Under the pieces are notes generated by a model. The model did no database searches. It saw only the letters and a program-made list of their open reading frames with translations, and had not been told where the DNA came from. DNA of 64,000 nt from Diadema antillarum (taxonomy: Eukaryota): assembly GCF_040938485.1 (NCBI RefSeq), contig NW_027271056.1:2728001-2792000 (forward strand), in the 5' to 3' direction. Of this stretch, positions 49,601 to 61,900 are shown piece by piece. Position 1 is the first letter of the stretch. Every line of letters starts with the position of its first letter. The translations under genes were made by a program, and so were the position numbers.

Positions 49601-52600
49601 GTACACCCCTCCTGAATTCCAATTTGGTCTGTAACTTCAGACTTCGCCATCCTAATTTAAGATGGGATATAAACTTTTTATGGATGATGCCGATTTGACC
49701 ATGGGAGCAAAAATACGACCAATCTTCGCAGTACGACACTATGCCAGGAAGCTATCTAGGGTAACGATTACACGCAACCCCTGCTGATTTAATTTCAAGA
49801 GGACTACAAATTATCGTTGTCACGATGTTTAAGAGTTTAATTGGGGAGTCTTCGCTACACAGAGAAAGCAGGTCACGCTGTATGAAGCAGGGGCAATTAC
49901 ACGGTGAAAATGTTCAAGAGGGCCAAATGCAGGGCAGGCCAGTACTGCATCCTGACCCGACAATTTTTGTAGATGGCATCTAATGGGGCAGACCCCCACC
50001 TGGGCATGTATCCCATTAGCGGAAAAGCCCATCACTGCTGACTGGTTGTTGGTTATTTTCCTCTGTGAGCTATAACGGGGCATAAATATGTGAATTTGTT
50101 CGAGGATGTTAATAACTTTAAGAGAATTTTACTATAAACAGAAAGGAATGAGTTAAACAAAAGCAGTAATGTACTTTCAATAGATCGTTGAAAGTAGAAA
50201 GTTTAAGACGGTGAAACCTACAAAAATTGCTTCTTTTGGTCAGGAATAATCCCTATCCCCCCCCCCCCCCCCCCCGACACACAAACGCACAATGGCTGCC
50301 TCAGTCATGTGACCCTGTCACTTGCGTCATTCTCTGCAACTTGGTCAAGCACAAGAGCACATGAAATATGCTTGATGGTTTTTCCTTCTGTCTTGGACGA
50401 AAAAACACAATGCCCCTAGGTTCAGGGAAGCAACATTCATGAAGACAAAAACAAAAGAAGAAATAGAAAAAGGAGTCTTACAAAATTGGATCATAGCTGC
50501 CTGAAGTGACAGCTTGTCACATGAGCTGAAATACTAAATGGCTGGGGGTATATAATCTCCAATGGGCCATTAGTAGTTATACACTTGACACCTCAGGAAT
50601 CAGTGCAAATTTGCAAGTGCGCAAACAGCAAAATTTGATCGGGAAACCCACTAGATTCTCTGCGATGTAGTATACCTTGTAGAATTGATGCACAACCCAT
50701 AAAGCACATGCAAATCCAGATTATAATATGGCATCAAGCGCTTAGACCAAGCACCTTCACATATCAACTTATAATTATTTAAGGTCCTGCATACTGTCAC
50801 AAGAAGATCATGACACACAAACACTGAATCTAGTCTCCTGTTCATGACTATATTATGGTTGCAGTTCATTTCATGACTAGTAATAGGATCATCCATCCAT
50901 TATCTTGTGTATTTCTGATAAAGTCATGTATTCACAATAACAAAAAAAAAAATCTCTTTATTATAGGTATAAAAAAAAAATCATTTGAGCCTTGCCACTT
51001 TAAACTTCCACGATCAGCACGGACTTTGCTGGCCACTGCTTTCCACAGCATTTTTTTTTTTTTCAGTTTCGAGGTCTTTAACTTCAGAATATATTGTGGG
51101 AATGTCCTTCACAATAAAGAGCAACGAACCGTTTGCCCACACAGTAATAATTTCTCTAATCACCCATTACATGCAGATTATTGAGCATATTTTCCCCCCC
51201 TCCCTCATCTTTTTGCTAAACTGACAGAAAAGGAAAGTAAGAAACAGTAAGAGAAAGGAAGAGAGAATAGTAGCAATTGGTAAAGTTCATATCCCGGATA
51301 ATGAGTTATGTTCCATTTCATGATGCACTGAATTAAGGGACAGGAAATTCATGAGTGCTTTGTTCTGTATGTTCTGTGCAAATACATTGACAAACTGTGG
51401 CAGTTTGAGAAAACATGTGACATTGAATTTGTTTTTACCATAAAACACTAATTTCATGATGACAATGATGTTCATTCTTTCAATGTACATAATAATTGTT
51501 TGTCAGGCGAATGTGTTCCATTTCAATGTTTATCAAGTTCTTGCCAGAAGTCAACACATTTTTTTTTTTGTCTGTCTTTCTTTCATTAAAAAAAAGCAAA
51601 ACTATTCCTTAACTCAGCATATCATATAAACTGATGCTTTGCACATATAATGTATATGAAATAAATACAGCAGTTGTAAAGTGTATCAGTGTGTGTGTGT
51701 GTGTGTGTTTACTATATGCACAAATGATAAATTCTCTGATATGCTGCATCGAGTTTGTGTTCAAAGACATTTTCGCATTGTCCAACACTTGCGGCTATGA
51801 GCGGCACCTCATGCATAAATCTGGAATGTCGCATGCTTGAAGAGGGCAGATACTCAAGGCGTCTTACACTGACAGAAAGTCAATAGTCTTCCAGTAAACT
51901 GTCAGGTGGGCTGTGTTGATTGATTGCGGAAGAAAGGAACTCCTTCCAGCTGTGTCAGCCTCCGTGTTTGCAACCAAATGTTCATCTCTCAAGATGGAAT
52001 ACATCGGAAAATAATCTTGTCAAGGAAAACAATGAAATGGTTCGGGTGCATTCCTTTTTTCCTTTCTTACTTTCACCATACATACAATGCACATACCAGA
52101 CAATATGTGAAAAGATGAAGGATGAAGTATAAATAGAATCCAAAACCCCCATACCATATGAAACCCATCCTGTTTGTTGAAATGGGTGACAACCAAAATT
52201 ATATCAAAGCTTTTGCAAAGTTTTGCAAAATAATCAACACATTCAGCACAACACTGAGCTTTCCTTTCATTGTTCAATATAGGTAGATATCATATTATAC
52301 CATTGATAGTAATATCTATAAATGAACCCTGACGGTCCACGCATTCATATCAAAGGTAATGTGAGGAAGCAGATTTGTTAAAACTTCCTATTCATTTTAT
52401 GCAATGACTTTCTTTGCACTCCAAATTGTTGAACATACTAATAGAAGCTCTTTCATATTCCCAAGCATTGTGAGCGGGCACAAAGGTACATGTAGTTGTT
52501 CATAATGTACACATATTCTTAGCATTGTAAAACAGGCATAAAGCATCTTGCTAAAAACCTGAGGAGAGGACTGTCTTCTGCTAATGACCCATGCTAAGGT

Positions 52601-55600
52601 CCCTGAATCAGGCGAATTATCCAATCGAAACCACACTTCGGTGGTAGTCTGAGACTTCAGACTCTAAACATCACAGGAGTGGTGCCCATGATACTCTGTC
52701 AACTTTGCAAACTGACAACTGTGAAGTGTAAATATGTCTGCCACCCGTTGATAGGCCTATATTCAACAACATCAACAACAACAACAACAAAAGAAGAATT
52801 AAGACTCAAAAGTAAAAGACTCAAAACAAAATACAGGGTCATTACCAGAAAATAAATTACAATGTTCTTTACACTTTAAACGCATTTCAAACATGCACTG
52901 AAGTTGTCAACTATTAATTGTACTATTTCTCCACAGTTCGAATGCTGCTCAGCAAGATGTAAAAAATGCCAGAGGCATCTTGAAAGTACAGATGACAGCT
53001 CTTGTTCTATTTCTTTAAAACAAATCATATGAACTTGCATGGAATGAGGATAGATGTTCGTAATGGCCCCTTACAATTTCTCCGCAAAATCTTGAAGGCG
53101 GGCACACACGCACACACTGACACTCTCCATGCTGGAGGCTCAATGGTCTGAATACACAAGACAAACTTGACAGCCATGGTTCACATGCAACCAATGAGGT
53201 TTGCAGTGAAAACCTGGCCAGTGCCTTGACCTTACATGACACGACAAGTATGGCATCCTCAGCAGGTGCCTGAGTAGGGGTCCGCTCACACCCAGATGGG
53301 GAGGTTTCTCCGCTTCACAAAGATCAACTTGACCATACTGGGCAGGCACCTGATAAATTTTTCATTCAACCTCTTGAGAGTACATAAAGAGCATGAGTGG
53401 AATTGCTAAATACATGTCTGCATGGCTCGCATTCATGACCACACCACCTCTCTATAGAGCACAAGAACGTGATTGATCTAATATTAAAATGTAGGGGCAT
53501 ATTATAGTCTCAAGACAACAATGACAACAAAATGGGCTAACAAGGAGCACCTTGGGAGTGCTTTAGCCAAGTCGAGGAAATGTGTTTATTACTCTGCCAT
53601 TTTTAGTGCTCATTCAATGACCATAATAATGGGGAAAAGGGGGGGGGGGGGGGACACAATTGGCTGGAACCATACTTTGACAACCCATTCACACACTAAA
53701 CATATGGTTACAGATCCCATTCATAGTAAAAAAACAACTGGTCATCCAATAATGAAGTGTATGTAGCCCTACAGTCTGCACAGAGTTCCAGTGCATGTGA
53801 TCAGCAACGTCATGCTGTTATGCATCTTGTATGAACTAAATTTGTTGCTGTGTAAAGATACTTTTCATAAAATTACTCAAAAACTAATATTATTGATAAA
53901 GGGACATCAGTTAGAATAAGAGAGAGTGCCTGATAATACACATGACGCTACGTTCTACATGAAAGGGTCTGAAGTTTGTTCTACCAGGGTCTGAATTTAG
54001 GTTTTTGCCTGAAAATGGGCATCAGATCCCTGTTAATAATGTCATTGGGTCACTGAACCATATAATACATCAAGTACCTACATATCATTTGTTGTCCATG
54101 ATGATATCGATGATGACAGACATGATACAATTATGATCTTCGGCTTGTCCACTAGGGATTTTCTCGACTTTTTAAAATCCGATTATGCATGCACAAGGGG
54201 GATGGATTGATAACGTTGTATTTCCTCAATAATCAATTATTCGAAAATGATGGTCAAGATGACTTTTTAAAATCCATTTCACACCAAAAATTACAGAGGG
54301 GCTACAGCTATATCATTGTGTGCTGATATGAATAGGCCTACACAGTACACAGAAAAACAAACAAGAGTAGGCCTATAATATTCCAAGGTGCATTTACAGT
54401 CCTCATTAAGAAATGATAGAGGATTATATGGATCCAATATTACTGATTCATAATTTTAACAAACAAAACACATTGCCTGTTGCTAGGTAAAATCTCGGTA
54501 TGAGAATAACAACCACACACAGTAACAGCCATCCCACATTTAGATAACCCTGCCTCATTTCATTCAGTAAACTATATCTACATAACATAAAACAGCTCTA
54601 TCACAAACATTTATCACTCTTAAATCCATTATTTTGATTTCTGAAAGTACTAAAAGCCTTCCAACACAGAGATCCAAACTTTCTGTGCAATCCGCCCAAG
54701 ACTACTACTGCTCAACCATCTTGTAATACTATAAACATTCTGACAGTACCACCAGATAGCAAAGCCCCATGCAATTCCAGCAGTCTCTTTAGAATTTTGT
54801 GGCGAACCTTTCACCACAGAAAGCATCAGAAACTCATCTCACCACACAATAGGCCATCATCGTTTGCTGAATTTAGGATACTAACCCCGCCACGATGTCT
54901 GGATTGGAACGAAATTGAAATTAGGCAGGAAACAGTACACAGAGAGAAGATGGTACCGTAAACATCTTCATCCAGCTATTCTGACCGAAAAAAAAAAGGG
55001 AGAAAAGTTCAGCGATCTATAAAAGGCAAGGTCATTGTTTGTGTCTGACTGCACTCTTCTGCTGCATTATCTCAGCATGTGCCGTACTGTACCATGGGGA
55101 GGACAAAGATGAATAATAAATAATTTGGGTGGTGAAATATGACTGCACTTTTGACTGGCTGGGGAAAAGACAGTAGCTAGCGCTGTCTCCGTATCATCCT
55201 CTCCTCCTTTTTTTTTCCCTCCATGGCATCATTCTCTCTATCTCAAAAAATATTGGCTTAATAATTTTATAATATTCTTGATGGTTTTTGTTCTAAGCCA
55301 GAGCTCTGTTGTTGACACACTTTCCTGTTGAAAGTTCAAACAGGGGAAGTGGAAGTCGCCGCGGTCCATCAAACTTTTCAAAACATGCAGCCCTTTCAAG
55401 TGGAGTGAACTTTCCACCACCCCCGACATGAAGATGGAAGCGATCCTCAAAATTACCGAAAGGTTGCTGTTTTCATGAATGTTAAAACTGCATGGGAAAA
55501 TTTGTTGGAAGCAATGTTCATTACTGGTAACGTTGAATACTTGTTCTACAAGAGGAGTTCAACACAGCCTCAAGTAACAAGGTGAAAGTCTCTGTGGTGT

Positions 55601-55949
55601 GGCATTCAATAAACTGCCTCACGTACTAGAATGCTGTGCGGTTTTCACATCTGATCTTTGATAAAGTCTTATCTCATGAAGAGTGAATGATTAAATGGCT
55701 TTTAGAGTGTCATTTCAATCACTATCAATAATAGCCTGGACTTCCACATAAATTCTTTAATTTTCCTCTGACACTTCACAAGAGTGAAACACAAGCATAA
55801 CATCCAAATGTTCAACAATATGACCATAGCCAAGCAGTCCTATTGTGAAGCAAATGACCTGCAATCTTTCACAATGCTCATGTCATGTTACCTAATACTA
55901 CACATGTATTGTTCAATAATGCCATTTTTTCTGAAACATAACTACAAAC

Positions 55950-56147
55950 TACAGTACAAGTAGATATTTTCACACGAGTAATTTTTCGCACTCGACCAGC
56001 TAAGATGAATTTCGCATATTTTTAATTCCGTGGAATCAAGACATTAATTGCTGTAGAGCATAATGGCATGCAAAAATACTTACATGCTTTTATATTCATG
56101 CCAGCTCTTGTTGTGCGAAATGTGTGAAAATTTCCACTTTTACACTA
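55950..56147 (+). mobile_element. TA-flanked MITE, same family, copy 3
   Basis: tacagtacaagtagatattttc...ttttaattccgtggaatcaagacatt...aaatttccacttttacacta. Same orientation as copy 1. Confidence 0.72.
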
Positions 56148-57470
56148 TAGATCTCAAAGCTAAGAAATGCATTTGCACTCCTCAACCCATTTATGGAGCA
56201 GGTATCAGGGTAAAATTTTGATTTATTCTTTTATTTTTTGTTCTACAATGTTGTACATTAAAACACAGTCTTCGAGTAGCAGGAAGCAGACAAACTTCTG
56301 AGAGGCTGTCAAAAAAACAAAAACCCAACAACAATCTTGCCAATTTGTTACAACTGGTGAAAAATGGTACTCTCTGCATCATGTTCTGCGGTAAATACAT
56401 TAGACTACAAAATTATGCCCAAAACAGAAATCCGATGGCTTTGACTGATTTTGATGATCTGACTTCAAACTGAATTTTCTCGGTTCAGCCATCAGCGACT
56501 TTAGGATCCTTTTGTTGTAGCTGGTCACATAATATATATAAATCTCTGCTCTACTTATCTTTAAAAAAAGAGGGGTTGGTCAATTAATTGTTCCAGAAGT
56601 GCATTTAGAAGCCCCTTGGTACAGTTGCACATCAAGGAAGGACAAGTTATCACATTAATCTTCACTATTCTGGCCAACATATGACTGACCTGTATCCAAC
56701 AGGCTGGTAGGAGAACCAGCCAGGGGTGATCTCTGTGAATCAGGTTGACTGATTTCAGCCCCCACTACCAGGGAAGCCCTCGTGTAAAGACACAATTAAG
56801 AAATTGGCAAGATTTCTTCTTGACTGCATTTCAGCACTGTTGCCTTTATTTTACTTTAATATGCCACTGCTGAATGCAGATCCGAAATGCGTGCGAACTC
56901 TAGGGTACAATCAAAGAAGCACATTTATTCCTGATGAATGCAAAATGCCTGATGATTGATCTTTTTGATTGGCACAACTTTGGAATATGCCATTTCCTTC
57001 ACGAGCAGCATGTGTAACTATTGTAGAGTGATTGATGATCGAAATAGAGGGTATTGCCATTAATGTGGCTATAAAGAGTTGCTATCTACATCTCTGTTCA
57101 ACTGCAGAAATTCTTAAGATTTGTACTCAATGCACAGTTCCAGGCATAACTGAAGTAGTAAGCATGCATGTTGGCAAGTTGTGTGATACTACACTGTACG
57201 TGCAGAGCATGAAATACAGCGTGTGAGAAACAGATCAAGATATGCGCTGTTCTATTTCTGCTTTTTTTTTTTTTTAAATGCAAAACGATATTTCATTACT
57301 ACGTCATGCTCTTGAAGTTTTCCTCATGAGGGAAAACATGCTCAAAGTCATGAAAGTAAAAAGTTTGCTGGCTCCTGAATAGTGTCATGTGGTTTGTTTA
57401 CAATGTACGAACAGTCACTGAAAGTGAGAGCAGCGAAGTATTTGACAGGTGGCAAACTGTAGATGCTTAA

Positions 57471-57964
57471 CTCTTTATGTGCCACGTTTGCACGTCCCAC
57501 TCAGTCGACGGCATGCCAACTTTGCATATTCTGCTCAAACGCACAAATCCGCCCAAACCTATCGATATATCGCCTAATGCCGCGGAAGCGTTTCTCGTGC
57601 TTTTGTTCCTCTCACATACAGCTTGCATTCTATGTGGTGATTGACCATCAAGCGGTGTTTCCAACTAGATTTGTGTGTAAATTCTAAGTTTCTTTCACGG
57701 TTTTATGTGCAAAAGTCATGCCTTTACAATAATGTAGCAACTGGTCATTTAAAAGAAAAATTAGAAATAGATTTGTAATACTATTTATATCAGTGCAAAG
57801 CTTGGTATTCCTCTTCAACTCTGCTCACTCTAATATCCAGCCTAACAGAAATTTGTAGAAGTTATATATATTGGAAAAACATTATTCTTTCTCAAAGCAT
57901 GACCACCTTCGTGTCTAAGAATAACGTGGCACACAGGGGGGCTTCCACCATGGCAAATAAAGAG
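57471..57964. mobile_element. piggyBac-like non-autonomous element (494 bp), TTAA TSD
   Basis: TTAA|CTCTTTATGTGCCA...TGGCAAATAAAGAG|TTAA: 14-bp TIR (13/14) with TTAA on both sides. The left arm is CpG-rich. Confidence 0.72.
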
Positions 57965-58175
57965 TTAAGGTTCTTACAGGCCTCCACTGCTTGTTTCATG
58001 TTTTGAAAAAAAAGAAAAAAGTTTAAATTGCTTCTGGACTGAAAGATTAAAAAAAAGTAAAACGTTGTTCGCTTGTTTTTTCCTCGCATCAATCCAAGAA
58101 CCTCTGCTGACTGAATATAGCAGAGCCCCAAATGCAGCCAATTCGGATTCATCATGAACCATGACAAAATAATAT

Positions 58176-58189
58176 GTTGTCATGGTTAC
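58176..58189. promoter_or_regulatory. Candidate RFX X-box in inferred intron 1
   Basis: GTTGTCATGGTTAC, reverse complement GTAACCATGACAAC, fits the X-box consensus. Confidence 0.4.
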
Positions 58190-58588
58190 TGCTGCATATC
58201 ATAACACCAAGAATCCATTCTAATATGTGACTATCACCCTTGCATTCACCGGCCACCTTTGTAATACATACATGAAAGTATGAACAGAATATCTAAGAAA
58301 ACAAAAGACATTTGATCTCTAATAAAATTCCCAGACTTTTGAAACTGATCATCATGAATAGCTCCAGGACAGGAGAGGCTGCAATTATAATTTGAAATCA
58401 AATAGCAAGATGCACAACAAATATCCCTCTACTCAGATGCACACAGATGTTATTGCCTTTTCATATCTGTAGCATCGCTTGCTATAGCCTTCCCCATGGG
58501 CAAACCATCTTTTTTAATCTCTTCTGACATAAAGCACCGGAAGAGCACACAGCATATTGTGTGTGCATTGTTCTCAAAGGCAGATTAA

Positions 58589-58976
58589 AGGGATTGTATA
58601 GTATTGGCCCAGGCAACGATTCAGCTTTTAACTTTTTGCGAGATACTTAGAAATCACTTAATAAAATGTTAAAGAACATGCAATTCTAAAGAGGAATTCA
58701 AACTTTATTAATTTGATGAAAATCATTTTTTAATGGCTGAGATATCCACAAACAAAGTAAGACAAAGTGATCCTAATAAACAGGTGGGTCTCACTTTTTA
58801 TTATGATTGCTTTGTTTTGGATATCTCAGCAATTTCAAAACCAATTTTCATCAAATAAACTTTCAATTCCTTTTAGAATTATATATGCCCTTTTATATTT
58901 CATAACAGGTTTCTCATTATCTCAAAAAATAATCATCCCATCTCAATCAAAACTCAATCAAAACTGTACCATCCCT
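58589..58976. mobile_element. Kolobok-like non-autonomous element (388 bp), TTAA TSD
   Basis: TTAA|AGGGATTGTATAG...CTGTACCATCCCT|TTAA. Purine (AG) termini with a TTAA TSD are characteristic of Kolobok. The interior is largely palindromic (ctgagatatcc...ggatatctcag). Confidence 0.75.
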
Positions 58977-61900
58977 TTAATCAGTAAGATAATTTTCTTG
59001 GAAACAGGAGGTGGGAGACAATATCCCCCCCCCCCCTCTCCTAACAGTACAGAACAGCAAAACCAGATATTACAATTTTGTATGCTTTATGAACACAATG
59101 AGAAATGAAGCACTGTTGAGACTTTATTTGTTGTTCAAAGTAAGACTACTTTCCAACTACTCCCCCCCCCCAAAAAAAAATAAAAAAAATAAAATAAAAT
59201 AAAATAAAAATGACCAAAACAGACAAATAAGTCAATTTAGATAAAAATTTGTTTTTCAAGCCACCATTTGACCAGTTGAGAGCAATCAACTATCTGTGCA
59301 GTATAAACGTACCCTACATTGCACCCATCCATGCTTTGCCTCCAGCATAGTATACAAAACGTTCCTTGTGATTGCTTTCTAAATCAAGTGCAATCTCGCG
59401 CACTTGCAGCCTTGCGCATCGCAGCCCGTTTGTTATTACTTTCCCCTTTTGAGCGCTGCATGTCTCTCCATGGTCCATCAAAGCCGATACAATTCAATGC
59501 ACGTCATCCCACCATCTCAATAAGTACTAGGCACTGAGTCCAGGCACTGACAATCTCTGCATTATGTCGCCACACAAAACAGTTAAATTACTTGAATACT
59601 TTGCTGCCACAAGCAAAAGGATATTGTATTAGAATGACAATGCAGAGACAATTCCGATTTTCCATGAAAGAAATGAATTGACAATCCCCCCCCCCCCCCA
59701 ACCCCACGGGGGGAAAAAAAAAAAGAAAAAATGCTTGGGGATGCCTTTCAAGATTGAATTTTTTTAAAGGGAATTTTTTTTACCACACGACCTCCCCCTT
59801 CAGCATTTACTGCAGCACATCCTTATTGGGTTGATTATTCTCTACATGAGCTAAATTCTCAGAAGAAGCCTGCTAGCAAAGTGCAAACCCTCTTCCATTT
59901 CTGCCTGAATTCCATCTACAGATGACATAAGATTTCATTTCACAATGGCATGAGTCAAGCTTCAGCAAATCTATCCAAATTCTGATCAACCCATGCTAAA
60001 ATCATTTCTTGAATTTCTTCTCCTCTTTATATTTTCTAATGTTTTAGGGATCCTGCCGAAGCCACATGACTACTGTACATTAAGTTGACATTACTTTATA
60101 ATGTTGAAACTTGCAATAGTGTTACCAAGACTTGTCACCTTGCCCAATGAGCTCACTTCTTTAAATTCTGCTCATGACATGCCATACTGCTATTCTAATA
60201 TGAAAGTGTAATCTTATGACAAACTCAGGTCTAAACTGGACATACAGTACATCAAGAGAGAATGGTGAATTGGGAAGAGGACCCTACATGTCATACTGCA
60301 AGAATAATACAAGGGAAACAGACGTGCTAGATATGAATTCTTCCTATTAGTGAGTAGTAAGCAGATATTGCTCCATATCTATCAATGTATATGAAAAACT
60401 TTCACACATTTCTCCTCAACTCTTGAAGCCCCAACGAGAGCTCTATAACACAAAAGGGCAATGATATTCCCTCTTCCATGTAATTACTCAGTCTAGCAAT
60501 TGTAAACAACCACTCTGACGAGGAGAGCTTGAAAGTCATTAATCAGCCAATTTGGATTGCGTCACACGTGCAACGAAAAACAGCATACCGGCCCTTTCGG
60601 CAGTGAAATAAACTCATCTTTTAATCATGCGGATTTCCTTGATGTAATAACAGTTCCTCGGCCTTGACATTTGAAATTCATCTTACGTCATGTTTTCTGG
60701 TGCAACATCGCAGCCTTTAGGGAGGTCATAAATTCATCTGAAGATCAATTTATGACCTGCCTGAGATGTTGCCCCAAAGATCTTGCAACCATAAACATAA
60801 TGACAGAGTTCATCCCATAATAAACCCCCTGTTGGTGTGAAACATAAAAACACTTTAAATCCTTTCCACCTGTACCTGTAAACACATGCTAACAGCACTC
60901 CTAGGTGCATTAAACCAACATTATATTAAAGCATAACTGCTATAGTATCTCTGGATACTCAAGGAATAAAACAAGACCGCTGCATTTTTCATTAGTTCAA
61001 GCTGCAAGGAGATGCAATCAAGCTCCATATTGGTCACATGACCTCTCTGACTGGTATCTCCCATCCAGTGCCTTCCTCCTGACGAGCTCTGGCGCCTAAT
61101 TAAGCCAGGCAGCCCATTGTAGTCTTGGGACATCTAATTTCTAGTACGTATGAACTTGATGACATCACAGCCGTGTGTTTGTGCGCAGGTTGTATGGGGC
61201 AGCCATCTCCATTGATGGATTTTAATGATCACACCTTGTTGGACCGATTATCCTCTGAGCCAATATTGGCCTTGTACACTCAAAGTAACAATGCATTACT
61301 TGAATTGAAAGGCAATGGCAGACACAAAGTCATCAAGATAAATACTTTATGATTAGAACACAGGATCATACTAGGGCTGCTGCACAGCTATCAAACGATC
61401 TTTGTGTACATTTGAAGTATGACTCACATATAAACATGGGGCATCCTTTACACAGGCGAAAAACCTTCACATAAACAGTGTGTAGGGTTTCAGCAGTTTC
61501 AGTAAATGAGCTAGCTCTAAAGGTTTCAGAGAGGCTATTGTGGAACTAAATGAAGCTTTTCTTGCACTGCTCTCAACTCAAAATATCACATGCACTTCAA
61601 AATAACAGACCATTTGCTATCAACGAATTCCATAACAGCATTTACATCTGTAGGCTACTGAACTGCAATTGTCACCGAATATTTATTTGTTAAGGTAAAA
61701 AGAATGTCAGCATATGGCAGAGTGATCACTTATATGGTAGCACTTAAAAAACCTCCCACAAGCTACACATTTATCAATATGCATCAGATCTTTTACTTTT
61801 GCTCATCGTTGCTGATGGACACACAATGTGCTTAAAAGAAACTCTTCAATTTTCTTTCCAAATTGCACATAGTCTAAAAATCTAATTTCCTAGCATCTGT

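Noticed and set aside
49670-49790. FMDDADLT resembling a reverse-transcriptase YxDD motif
   Set aside because: No other RT motifs occur in any frame nearby, so a LINE call cannot be supported.
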